A stretch of DNA of 62,012 nt, counting the filler, from Dimorphilus gyrociliatus (lineage: Eukaryota > Animalia > Annelida): assembly GCA_904063045.1 (NCBI GenBank). It is 4 parts of 4 records of this genome, joined end to end, with 100 filler letters (N's around TTAATTAATTAA, not from the genome) between each part and the next. Parts side by side here need not be neighbours in the genome. Positions count along the whole stretch, not along the records: positions 45,527 to 57,071 come from CAJFCJ010000260.1; positions 57,172 to 62,012 come from CAJFCJ010000331.1; 2 more parts are not named here. The stretch is one strand, 5' to 3'. Both the position numbers and the translations under genes were made by a program. The notes beneath the pieces were generated by a model that saw only the letters and a list, made by a program, of their open reading frames with translations, made no database searches and was not told where the DNA came from. The stretch's first letter is position 1; each line of letters opens with the position of its first letter. Positions 50,121 to 62,012 of the stretch are shown here, piece after piece.

Positions 50121-53100
50121 TTAAAATATTATTTCAAATGCTGAAAAGTTTGATATAAAATTTTTACTATTCAATTTTCTTGAATTTGATGATTTTTGTA
50201 TTAATCTTTTAACAACTTCGCCAAATGACCAAATGTCTCCAGAACCTAACTTTGAATCAAATTTACATAATTTTTTTATTAAGAGTATACACTTTTTTTT
50301 ATTGTCTTCTAAATCCTGTTATTTTAAAGGGAAGATTCTTTTTTTAAATAAGAAAAGACTATAAAAAATGTTCACCTGAAATGCTATTGTATTAAATGAT
50401 ATATCCTTATTACACGACAATTTTGAATTATGACAAAATAAAATTGCTGTTATTAAAGATTTTGCCATAATTAAAATATTTTTATTATTAAATATTTTAG
50501 GATCATTTTGATTCATAGCAGAAAGTGTTAATACTTCTCTGTCATATGATAAAAAATGGTAACTCATTTTATTACTGAATTTGAAATCTGTTTTTTTTTT
50601 AAATTTTGAGATTATTAATGAAGATATATTTTTATTTATTACTATTTTCAAATTCTTTTTGTTTTGAAGCTGCAATATTTTTAGCTCTGTAGATTTTTAA
50701 AAAAATTTTGAGTATATTATTTTAAATTGTAGTAGGTCTTTAGTCCTACTGTGAATCTCTAAGACTTGCAAGAAAGATTAAAATATCACTTAAACTATAT
50801 AATAAAGGGTTAACAACTGAATTTAGTGGTAGAAATATAACAACCAGTGCAATATAAGCTTGACTTGATATAGTCAATGTAAAAAGCACTGAATAGATTC
50901 CTATAAACAGAAAAATTTGTAAAAACTGAATATGAATTTGTTATGATAAATTCTTGTTTAATAACCTAAAATTGAAATTGGTAACCAACAAAAAACATTT
51001 GTTATAACAACTAAAAAAGATCTTAGTTTAATCTTTTTTTGTAAAGTTTTAAATTTAGATTTTTCAAGTATTTTTTTAGATTCCAAAGTTTTCTTCCATA
51101 TTTTAAAATATAGTGCAACAATTATTAGACATACTAAACCAACAAAACAACCAAAAAATATAAAAGAATAAAACCATCCTACTGTTTTAGAACTGGAAAC
51201 ATATAATGTAAAACACACTGGACTTTTTGAGTAGTAATCCTAGGGATAGAAATTTAAATTATAACTCTGAAAATTTTTGGATATTGACAGAAATCATTTC
51301 TGTTTAGTGTTTAGAAATATTGAATTTTAAAATTATCTAAACAGCTCTATGGAAACTGCAAGATAAAAAAGTAAAAACAATCAATGTTTTCTGTCATAAA
51401 ACTAAAAATTACACTATAAATGAACAATGGAGATATTGATACTAAAGTTGCCCAAATCCAAATAAAAATTACAAAATATTTCTTTTATAAGTAACTGATG
51501 AAATAATATTTTTGAATCTTTCAATTGTCATCAGCAATAGACTCATTGTTGATAATTGAATTGAAAAACTTGCAAAGGTTCCAATTATTGAACAAGTTAA
51601 ACTGTTTCTCCATGAAAAATCATTTTCTACATATTCTCCCCTAAATAAAAAATCAGCTATTCCAATTGAAATGAAGTATATTGAAATATTCATATCTGAA
51701 ATTGTCAAACTAAAAAGGAAATAATTTCTGTCTTTTTTTGAAAGAATAGCTTGAAATATTAATGATAATATATTTTCAAAAAATGATACAATATTAATAG
51801 TCCATAGGAGAAGACGTATCAATTTTGATTGTAGTAAATCAGCACAAGAACTGAATGATGATTTATTTGGTTGACAATATTTAACTGTTTTTAAATATTT
51901 CCATGCAAAACAACATAATTGATAATAGTCACTTGTTAGGTTTACCAGTTTATTCAAATGCTTTACCAAATATTTACCATTCTTCATATTTATAAAAGAC
52001 TCTTCCAACAAAAGAACTTTTAGTGAAATTAAATTTGAAAATGCATTTGGTGTTATTGTTTTTATGCTACATTTTTTTATTGAAAGATACATCAAATTTA
52101 CACAATTTTTAAAATATTTTTCTGAAATTGATGACAAATTTGTATTTATTAGAATAATTTTTCTCAAATTTTTTAATTTTTCAAAAGAAAAAGCACCAAA
52201 AATAATTTTATTATTTTGAATATTTAAAATTTGAAGCTTTTTTAGAGAAGTGTTTGTTATACCATTTAAATCTATTATTTTATTTTTTTGAATATTTATA
52301 AAGAATAAATTGGGAAAAATTTTTACAATATATGAAATATTTACACTACTCAAAGTTATTGTTAAATATGTTACAGTTAGATAAGGTTTTTTAAAAAATT
52401 CTTTCATATTCTTATTGAAATGTGTTATGTTAAGATTCTTCCATAACTATAATTTCTTGTTATTCAACCATTGATCATTCAGAATTTTTAAATTACAATT
52501 TATAGCGTAAAATGAATGACAGATACAAAATTTTGGACAGTCTTTGGAACTCTTGCAAAACAACTCATCACTGCCCTGTAAACAATCTACTTTTCCATCA
52601 CACACATCTGAAGGTTGAATATATAATAACTCATTTTTACATTTAAAGTATCCTCTAGGAATAAAATTTTCTGGTATTTAAAAATATAAGAAAAATTAAT
52701 GAAAGTGAAAAAAAAGTCATGTCCACAGAGGAGAAAATTTGGTTGCAGTAAAATATTGATCTCCTGTAGACATTTTCTCTATAAATTATTACAAATTACC
52801 ACAATCAATTTCATCATCACTTTCAGGACAATGAGATATTCCATCACAAACTTGTTTAACAGAAATACAATATTTATTTGTCTTACAAAGATATTCACCA
52901 CCATTGCATTTTTTTAGATTACAATTGTTTAATGAATTATAAGGAAGATGTACTTTTGTGTGTAGATTACCCATTGAATCATATTTTACATGACAATTTT
53001 GTGAATTTTTTGTCTCTTTTTCAAATATTGAGTAGCAATTTTTTGTTAAAATATCCAGAGAAAATTTTTTAACACAAGGTAGTAATTCTTCATCAGATGA

Positions 53101-56100
53101 ATCAATACAATTTACATAAAAGTCACATGTATTACTTTTTGGAATACATATTTGATCACAAAAGTAACTTTCATTGCTACATTCTATTATGATAAATGGA
53201 ATCAAAGAATGAAACAATAATCTCTTTTTCCATTATTAAATCTCTTACTGCTCTTTTGTATTACTGATGAACCTGTGCAGACTTCATCAGAAGCATCAAA
53301 ACAGTTTATTTCATTATTACAAAATTCATTTTTATCAAGACATTGCTCATTTTTACATCTTGAAATGAAAAAGAAAAAACAAACAATCATTAATTTTTTG
53401 AATATTTTAATGCAGTAAACCTTTCATTCATCTGACAAAATTCCCTTTCTATTAGGTTAATGAGTGGAGACAGAAAATTTCATTATTAAAACACAATTTC
53501 ATATGATCAAGTCTTACCACAATCTTTCTCATCTTCTGAATTTGGACAATTTGTTATATAATCACAAACTTGTTTATAATTTATTTGGTGTTTGTTATTG
53601 CAAAAGAAATCATCAATTTTTGGACAATTTTCTTCATCTTCACCAGAAAAACAATCAACTTCACCATCACATTCATTTGCTGCATTAATATATAATTTAT
53701 CAAACAGGCATGAAAATATATTATTGTCTAGATCATCTTCTGATGCATGTTGAATTGGTATTTGATTACTTAATGACATCTCTTCAAAGTTGACACTTTC
53801 AACTATGATAATAAAGAGTTTTAATTTTTTAACAATTGTATCTATAGTAGATTTTTTTGTTACTTGTTGCCTCAATGCATGCAACTCTTGATATTTGAGG
53901 ATTTTTACATTGTGAAGTTTTAAAGGAATGATAAAATTTTACATCTCCATCAAAAAATCTATAATCCCATGATAACTCTTTTGAATCTACATATGTAAAA
54001 CAGTGAGATATTGTTGATGGTACAGTTTGTTTAATATTGGCTATTGATTTGCAAACATCATTTATTCTGTAAATTGTATGTATCAGTAAAACCACAAATG
54101 AACAAGAAAAGTAATTTGCTTAGAAAAAAAAATCACGTGATATTTTGCAGAAATGTTACAAATTGATAAGGTTGATTGTTTAAGTGAAGAATTAAAGGTT
54201 TATTTCTTCTGTCTTTCAATATTTTCAGCCCTATTTATAATTTTATGGCTAAAACTGATACTCATAAAATAATCAATAATAATAACAGTAAGTTCTGGGA
54301 CATTGCTCAAAAATGAAATTTTTAAATATTTAATCAACAAATTGGCATGTCCTTGAACTTATGTAATATTACAAAACATACTTCCTGGAAAAGAAATCCT
54401 CTTTGCAAGGTATTCATTTAAAAGCATATGACTTTTTATCTGAATATATTTGCTTATCTTATCCAATATATATAAAAACTGGTAGTCCTCAGGATATATA
54501 AAAGAAAGTGTACTATTATTCTTTTTACATATGTTTTTAGTCTCGTCATTTGATATTTGTTTTTCAAGCATTAAATATGAATAGCATTTATTTTTTATTA
54601 AAAACGAATTCTTATCTCTGCAAGCTAAATAAAGAACAAGTGATGTTTTTTGAGTATTTAAAAAATAATAATAACATTTTTTATCACTGAGTTTACTACT
54701 ACATAGAATATTTATTGTTGATTTTGAAAATATTCCCATTTCATTCATCATATATTCGTAAATTACTTTTGCAGGTTCCTTATGAGTTTTAAATGAACAA
54801 GATGTATTTCTTCCAAATTTTGAACATTTCATTTTCATATAATATAGTCTTGTAATACTAAAGCTTGTTGTAATATTTGAAATTCTTCCATATTGAAATC
54901 CAAATGATTGGCATAAAGTTATAATATTTTGAAATCTTAGTGATTCAAAATTTGGTTGATACCAAATATTTTTATAAAGTATTTGTAAATTTCCATAAAA
55001 ATGATTATGCGTATGATTTTGTCCATAATTCAAAATACCATTATCAATGCTGAATAATCTGTAGTGAAAGTCTATAAAAATATTTATTTATTAGAATTAT
55101 CCTCCAGAAGATCAAATGTTGACCTGCATAAGTATTTTCTTCACATCTGACAGAAAGTGCAACACTATCATGATTGTAGGTATTTAAGTGACAAAGTGTA
55201 AAATCATTTGTAGACAAATTACATGCATACAAAGCAAATTGGGTATTGTAGTTAAAAAAATGCTTTGTATAGATACAATCATCTCTTATCTATAACATTA
55301 GAGAAGTTGTTTTTAAAGAAATGTAGATAAAATCTCTTGTATTAGTAAAAATAGTTACTAGGTCTTTTGTGGGTATAATTTGAAATAGAGGATTAAGTGT
55401 TTTATTTAAAGTTATACACAGAGCCTTTGCAACTCTTTCAATATTTTCAGACTTCAAAAATGCTAATGACAATTGACCAATTGTCTTAGAATCGAGCAAA
55501 AACATTGAACTTGAAGGTATTCTATTTTGTCCAATAAACTTTTGAATACTTCTTGGCATTGGTATTATTTTAAAATCTTAGTAAATAATTTTCTGTTAAA
55601 CCATTTTTTTATTTTTCTATGACTTTGTCTTTTTACCTTTAAGTTCTTCATATTGACAATAAATCCTAACCTTTATTTGTTCACTATTTTGTGGTTTTTC
55701 ATTGAATTTCTTAAAAGTGAAATTATTGGAAATTATAAAAAAATTTTCTTCAGTAAATTTCATGTCATCAAATAACCAAAATATATGATATTGTGTTTTT
55801 AAACAGACAGCTCTCCTTAATTTTTCACTTTCCTTCATAAATAATGGAGAAGATGTTTTGTTGAACCTTACAAACATGGGGCTCTGATGTCTATTTCCAT
55901 GCCCTGACCCAATTTTTCCACCTATAATGTCTGAATGGTAAAATAAAAAAAGAAAATAAATTATAAATGCTTAGCTTCAAAATGAAATTTTTTACATGGT
56001 ACTGTTTTTCTGAAACACTTCAAACAAATAAGATCTTGTCTATTTTTGAGATAATGAAGTTGATGTCTAAATTTATTCAAAAATAATTTAGGTTTTAAAT

Positions 56101-56590
56101 TTGTTTTTCTTTAATTTCATTTTGTTTAAAATATGAAAAAAATGTCCTTTCATTTTACTTACACTTTTACTTTTTCTTTTTCAAATTCTAGATAAACTGT
56201 TGAATGTATTCCTGTTAAAAGATGTTTTCAGATTATTACACTGAATGAGTGAATAAAAGTTCTACCAGCTTTATCACAATAGGACACTTTAGCAAACAAA
56301 TCATCATAATTCATTGAAGAGCAGATAGGTTGCCATTGTTTAGGATTTACATAAGCATCAAATGTATAACCAACTGTATATGTGATACTATATCTTATTA
56401 CTTTAACTATTCCATAAACAAACTCTTTCTCTTCTTGAAGTATGTGTAAACCAAATCTTGCATTCTCATGATTCAGAAAATCCTCTGATAGGTACTCTTT
56501 TTTTGGACAATCTCTTGCAGATACACTCCAAAAATATTGATATGAAAAAAAAAGTAAAAAAAAACACAAATGGAGAGATAAAATTGCCAT
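50121..56590 (-). CDS. Apparently full-length GRL101/LGR-like receptor: SP, SRCR-like, CTL-like, LDLa, LRR, 7TM and kinase-like tail
   Basis: Signal peptide at 56590, LDLa CDGEVDCFSGEDEENC and CDGISHCPESDDEIDC, LRRs and MTIERF (51469..52407), ITNVFCWLPI, PLNSVVNPLLY (about 50810), GDIWSFG (about 50220-50240). Confidence 0.8.
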
Positions 56591-56989
56591 TCTTTAAAGT
56601 GTAATGAATATCAGAATTATGAAATGTTTGAAATTGCAATTGAGATGAGGAAATTTACAATCTTTTTTTAATGTATAATTTCAAATTGAATTTGAGCTAA
56701 AATTTTGCATATTATAAATTTAATTTCCTGATTAAAATATATTAATTTCTGGATCATTTGTGAAATGTAATTTTACCAAAATGGCTTCTAATATTAACTC
56801 TGAAAAATAATTTGACTGTTCATCTCACACTTTAAAAGGAAATTTGTAGGAAATATATATCTTTGAATTGACACTCAAGTTAAAAAAATTGTAATAGAAA
56901 CTTTAAAAATTTAGTTTACACTCATTAAATGTAGCCTTATATCCAAAGTCTAAGTATTGATATATCATTATATCTAGGTGCACACATTT

Positions 56990-57071
56990 AAACAAATGTT
57001 TAAATTAAAATGGTGTATTCAGAATAATAGTACTGAAGCGAGTAGCAATATGAGAGTGCAATAGCAGAGTA
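56990..57071 (-). mobile_element. Diverged LTR fragment cut by contig end
   Basis: tttaaacaaatgtttaaattaaaa..aatatgagagt..atagcagagta matches 3207-3292. Confidence 0.7.
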
Positions 57072-57171
57072 NNNNNNNNNNNNNNNNNNNNNNNNNNNNN
57101 NNNNNNNNNNNNNNNTTAATTAATTAANNNNNNNNNNNNNNNNNNNNNNNNNNNNNNNNNNNNNNNNNNNN
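57072..57171. other. Artificial contig spacer
   Basis: 44 N + TTAATTAATTAA + 44 N. Confidence 0.97.
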
Positions 57172-57826
57172 CTCCATTTTTAACAGAAACATTTCCTTTC
57201 TTTAAAAAAAAAACAACATGAAAAATATGAATTTTTTTGTCATTCTTTTTACCTCTATTTCTTTGAATCACGACATATTATGTAAAAATGGGTTCAATTT
57301 CAATGTAGCCCAGTTATAGAAAAACCTTTAATGATTTAAAGTTAAAATAAAAATTCATACTTGATATAAAAAAATCAGAGAAAATCATTCTTCTCTTTCA
57401 GCTGCTACAATACAATGTTTTGCCTTCACAATTATAAGCATAAACTTTGTATAAAATATATTTTGATGTCAAAGTGTTATGAAATATACGATTTCAATGC
57501 AATGAAAACTTACAGTTTGGTCAAGGTCATTTTTAGAAATTTAGTAAAATTTTATAAAATAAAATGTATAGAAAAGTTGTAATTCTTTAGTATCTTTCTC
57601 AAAGTCACTGACACCATGTAGGAACTATCCTTAGCTCCAAACGCTTGTCTGGCCATCTTGTGTTCCACCGGATTCCTTGTCAGTTTATATATTATACGCT
57701 ATGTGTTTATTGCAAATAGTATTGAATACTATTTATATATTGTAAACTCTTATAACCACATGGTTTTAAAATCGTTTTAACCATTCGTTTAAGGTATTGC
57801 CTCAAAATCAGGAAATATAAAAAAAG

Positions 57827-59014
57827 ATGACTGATGGATGGGAAAATATGCTGTCTACTGTTGCAAAATCCTCAAATACGTTAAAACATCTTCAGTTTAT
57901 ATCATGTGAATTAAATAATGAAAAGTGTCTATTTATTGTAAAGATGTTAAGACTTTGCAATTCAATAGAAACAATCAAAATAAGAGAGAAAAATAGTATA
58001 AGGTGTGGAATTTTGAAAATATGTAAAGGACTTATTCCATCAAGTTCCAATTTGAAAATTATTGATATTAAAAAATGTTATTTCAATGATAGACAATGTC
58101 AAAAATTTGGAAAAATGTTAAAAAAACATTTTTATGGTTTAGAAACAATCAGTTGTGGTTTAATGAGCTGTACAGTTCATGGTGTTCAAAGTATCTTTAA
58201 CGGTCTTTTGAAATCACGTGATACATTGAAAAATGTTTCACTTTCAAAATGTACTTTTCGTGGTCTTTGTAAAGAATTAAAAAATTTGCTGAAACATTGT
58301 TCTAAAATTGAGAAAATACATTTAGAAGACTACAATTCAGAAAAGGAAGGCTTCTGTTATGTTTGTGATGAACTTGTTCAAGCATCCAACACCTTGAAAT
58401 ATGTGACTTTTAAATATTGTTATTTAGATGAAAAGCAAGGCCAACTGATAGCAAATTTATTTAATAGTTGTTGTAAACTTGAAAGAGTTGATTTATCTGG
58501 AAATTTTGGGATGAATGTTGCATTAGACGACATTTGTAAAGGACTTATGCAATCAGCAAAAACTTTAAGATCAATAAAATTTCATAATTGTAATATTAAT
58601 GAAGAAAGATGTAGAATGATTGGAACTCTATTTGGAAAATGTTCTAAAATCGAACAAATCAATTTAAGTGAAAATAGAAATATGGAAAATGGATTTTTTG
58701 AAATTTGTAATGGACTTAATCAATCTTCAAAAGCTTTGAAAATTATTAACTTTGATAATTGTGATCTAAATGAACAACAAATTGATTGTTTAGGAAATTT
58801 GCTGAAAAATTGTTGGATAATTGAAAAACTTTTTTTAAGTTGTAATAGAAAAAATGGGGCAGAGGAAATGTGTATAGAACTCTTTCAAGTTTCTAATACT
58901 ATTGAATTTGTCGATTTCTTTTGGTCATATTTGGATAGAGAAGGAATTCGAAAACTCAAGTATGGAAAACATGTCTATCAACTATTAAAGGGTAAGATGT
59001 TCTATGAAAATTGA
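57827..59014 (+). CDS. Single-exon RI-like LRR protein, 395 aa, paralog of 33910..36708
   Basis: Repeats such as CSKIEQINLSEN..FFEICNGLNQSSKALKIINFDNCDLNEQQIDCLG. Confidence 0.85.
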   Translation: MTDGWENMLSTVAKSSNTLKHLQFISCELNNEKCLFIVKMLRLCNSIETIKIREKNSIRCGILKICKGLIPSSSNLKIIDIKKCYFNDRQCQKFGKMLKKHFYGLETISCGLMSCTVHGVQSIFNGLLKSRDTLKNVSLSKCTFRGLCKELKNLLKHCSKIEKIHLEDYNSEKEGFCYVCDELVQASNTLKYVTFKYCYLDEKQGQLIANLFNSCCKLERVDLSGNFGMNVALDDICKGLMQSAKTLRSIKFHNCNINEERCRMIGTLFGKCSKIEQINLSENRNMENGFFEICNGLNQSSKALKIINFDNCDLNEQQIDCLGNLLKNCWIIEKLFLSCNRKNGAEEMCIELFQVSNTIEFVDFFWSYLDREGIRKLKYGKHVYQLLKGKMFYEN

Positions 59015-59056
59015 TATATTTATTAAGAAAAAGTATAAGCAAATGCAAATTCTATC

Positions 59057-62012
59057 CTAAAAATAAATTCTTTTTTGAAGAACTTTTCTTACAAAAATTC
59101 CAAATTTTAAAATATCTTCATATGACCTTGACTTTGTCAATAAAAACAATTCTTTACAATGTATATAATATGTGTAACTGTTATCAGAGGTGCCCTTTAA
59201 AAAATAGACAAAAATTTAAATTTTCTATTTTTGTTAAAAAAAAGGAATACTAACTTTAAAATAGATAACATTTTCTAAATTTTCATTACACATGGAAAGA
59301 GAATTCTTATGAATTATTTCAATAAAATGAATAATATATAAGAAACACTTGAAATATTCACAATTTTTATAAAGGTTTTTACTAAAAAAAAATTTTTCAA
59401 CATCTGATGGACAATTCAAAAGACTGGTTACTAATTCCATTCTCTTATTAAAAAAATTTACATCTGTTAAATATTAAGTCTTATAGAACATGACAAAAAA
59501 ATGGTATAGTTTATATAATAACATTGACTAGTTATTTTCTTTGTTAATGATTTAATCATTTCCTCATTTTTTGCAACTTTCTTTGTTAGATAATTTCTTC
59601 TTAGAATATAAAATTGGTTACAACAAAAAATATATGGATTAAACAGTGAATTAATTGGGATTAGTGAGATTAAAAACATTGTATATGTATCATTTTTTAA
59701 ATTAATATCCATAAATTTTGATAAAATTGCTATAATGAGAATCTTTTAGATAAGAAGTTGAAAAAACAAAATGAAAATTTACAAACATAAAACTGAAATT
59801 GGAAACCAGCATGAAACATTTGAAAATGTTAATATAAAAACATTTCTGGACAAAGATTTCTTCTTTGAATGCGTTACTTGTCCAACTTTTAATGCAATTT
59901 TACCATATAAAAGGCATATTATAACATTTAATACAAAGAATAGTATTCCAAATATGATGAAGGAAAACATCCAACCTTCAGTTCCATCACTTCTAATTTC
60001 TATATTAAAACATATTGTTGATTTTGAGTAAAAGTTCTGTTAAAAAAAGGGAAATTCAAATGTATTTGTCTTTTTTTACCTCTAAAATACAAATTGTAAT
60101 GTTTACATTAAAGAAAATGACTGGTGTAAATGCTATAAAGCATATAATGAGAAACCCAACAATTAGTGTTAATTTCCTAAATTTTACAATGTATGGTGTA
60201 TTGAATGGTTTGTTTATTGCTTCATAATGTTCAATTGCAAAACATAAAATTGAAAGTGTTGATACTAATAATGAAAATGTTACAATTGTACCCAATGCTG
60301 TACAACCCTTACTAAATCTCCATTTTTCTTCATTTTCTAGATAAGTTGTGCCAGAAAAATAGATATCTATAACAGCAATCACTAAGATGGATATTGCTGT
60401 TAACAAATCTCCAAAAACTAGACATATTCTAATTGGTTTAGATTTTATATTTGAGAGTATAACAATAAAAAATGCCAATAAATTTCCAATAACACCAACA
60501 ATTCCAATTATCCAAAAAATAATTCTTAAAAAAACAGATGGAATAATATTTTCACAAGTTAAAAAGCCAGATGGACTTGGTTGACATTTTACAAAGTTTC
60601 CCAACAATTTCCAAGCAAGGCAACACATTTGAAAACTATCACTTTCAATTAATTTAACATTTTTTATAGAATTTATAAAATATTTAGCGGATTGTGTAGG
60701 AAATTTTGTTTTCTTTAACAATAACATCTCAAGCTTTTTCAAATTAATAAATGAATATAATTCAATTGATTTTATATAACAATTTTCCATTTTTAAAATT
60801 TTCAAATAATTCAAATAATAAAAATGATGATCTAATAGTATTTGAATATTTGTTTTTGATAAATCAAGAATAATAAGATATTTCATTTCCTTATGTAAAA
60901 CTCCATCAAGATTATTTATAGGATTATTTGATAAATTTAAATTTTGAATTAATTTATATTTTGAATTTTTGAAAAAACACACTTCAGTTATGTTTGTATT
61001 GATAATATGTAAATGGATAACATTTGAAAATGACATATTTTTCCACAAGTGAAGTAAGTAATTGTTTGTAATTTTTAATACAAAAATATTTAAGAAATTT
61101 GTATTATTGTTGTCCAATAAAAAATTTCCATTAAGTGTAACATGTTTAAAATTTCTATTCAAATTTAAAATTTCAAACTTCTCTTCTGTTAAACAACTTA
61201 TTGAAAATGGATTATGATATTGGCAAATATTTAGTTGATTTTTTATTGGCTGTTGACAAAATAATTCATCACTTCCTGCTTGACAATCATACTTGTTATT
61301 ACAGAGTTGCTCATTTGATAAGAATATACTCTCATTTTTACATTTAAAGAATCCAGGTAGATAAAAATTTTCTGCATTTGAAAAAAAAATTTAAATTCAA
61401 GAAACAAATATTAATGGAATTGTACCGCAAAACAGTTCATCATCATTGTTAAGGCAATGATTGACTCCGTCACAAAGTCTATCAATATTAATGCAATAGC
61501 TAGAAAAGTAACACTTGTATTGGCCATTCAAACAAGTATGGTTTTTGCATTGCTTCAAAGATGAATATGGATATCTGATTTTTGTTTTTAAATTACTTTT
61601 TGTATCATATTTCAATGAACACTTTTCATAGTATATTCGAGAATAAATGTTGTGAGTAGGTGGCACTGTATTGCATCTATTTTCATCCTCATGACTATTA
61701 CAATCCAATTTAAAATCACATTTTTTATGAATTGTTAAGCATTGATTGTCACATTGAAATTGATATTTCTCATTACAGTCTGTGTTTATACTTTTTCAAT
61801 ATTTTTGAAATAATAATTTATTTAAATAAAAATTGAACTTTTAATATAATTTTTATCAATTGAATTCTTATGATAGCAAATTTCATCACTCATGTCAAAA
61901 CAGTTTATCTCGTTATTGCAGACATCTGATGATTGTACGCACTCTTTGTTGTGGCATTGTCTGAAAGATTATTTGTATCAAATAGGTTTCATTTTTTTTT
62001 GTCAAAAGTGAA
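59057..62012 (-). CDS. GRL101/LGR-like receptor (LDLa, LRR, 7TM) with kinase-like tail; 5'-truncated
   Basis: LDLa CDGVNHCLNNDDELFC, LRRs and FAIEHY (60056..61162), FSNVSCWFPI, PINSLFNPYIF, tail ending EDILKFG..KVLQKRIYF with TAG at 59057-59. Confidence 0.8.

Overview
Very AT-rich, compact animal (spiralian-like, inferred) genomic DNA with short GT-AG introns. It is not one locus: four contigs (1-20783, 20884-45426, 45527-57071, 57172-62012) are joined by artificial 100-bp spacers (44 N + TTAATTAATTAA + 44 N). Contig 1 opens with a 10.3-kb fold-back inverted duplication (apex about 5154), most likely a long-read/amplification artefact. Each arm holds a nested stack: a Mutator-like transposase split by a solo LTR, itself split by a mariner (intact transposase in the right arm). 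The same contig carries the un-inserted LTR with PBS and gag, more MULE remnants, a 3xPAN gene and two trefoil-domain paralogs. The other contigs carry an ITIH-C-domain gene, an intronless peptide GPCR, single-exon RI-like LRR genes, a deleted actin, a GNAT, an F5/8C gene, Tc1/mariner relics and a 190-207-bp TTAGGG-bearing MITE family with 9-bp TSDs. The most interesting biology is three GRL101/LGR-like LDLa-LRR-7TM receptors on three different contigs, each followed in sense orientation by exons encoding a degenerate protein-kinase C-lobe (for example GDIWSFG). This suggests a GPCR-pseudokinase fusion family.
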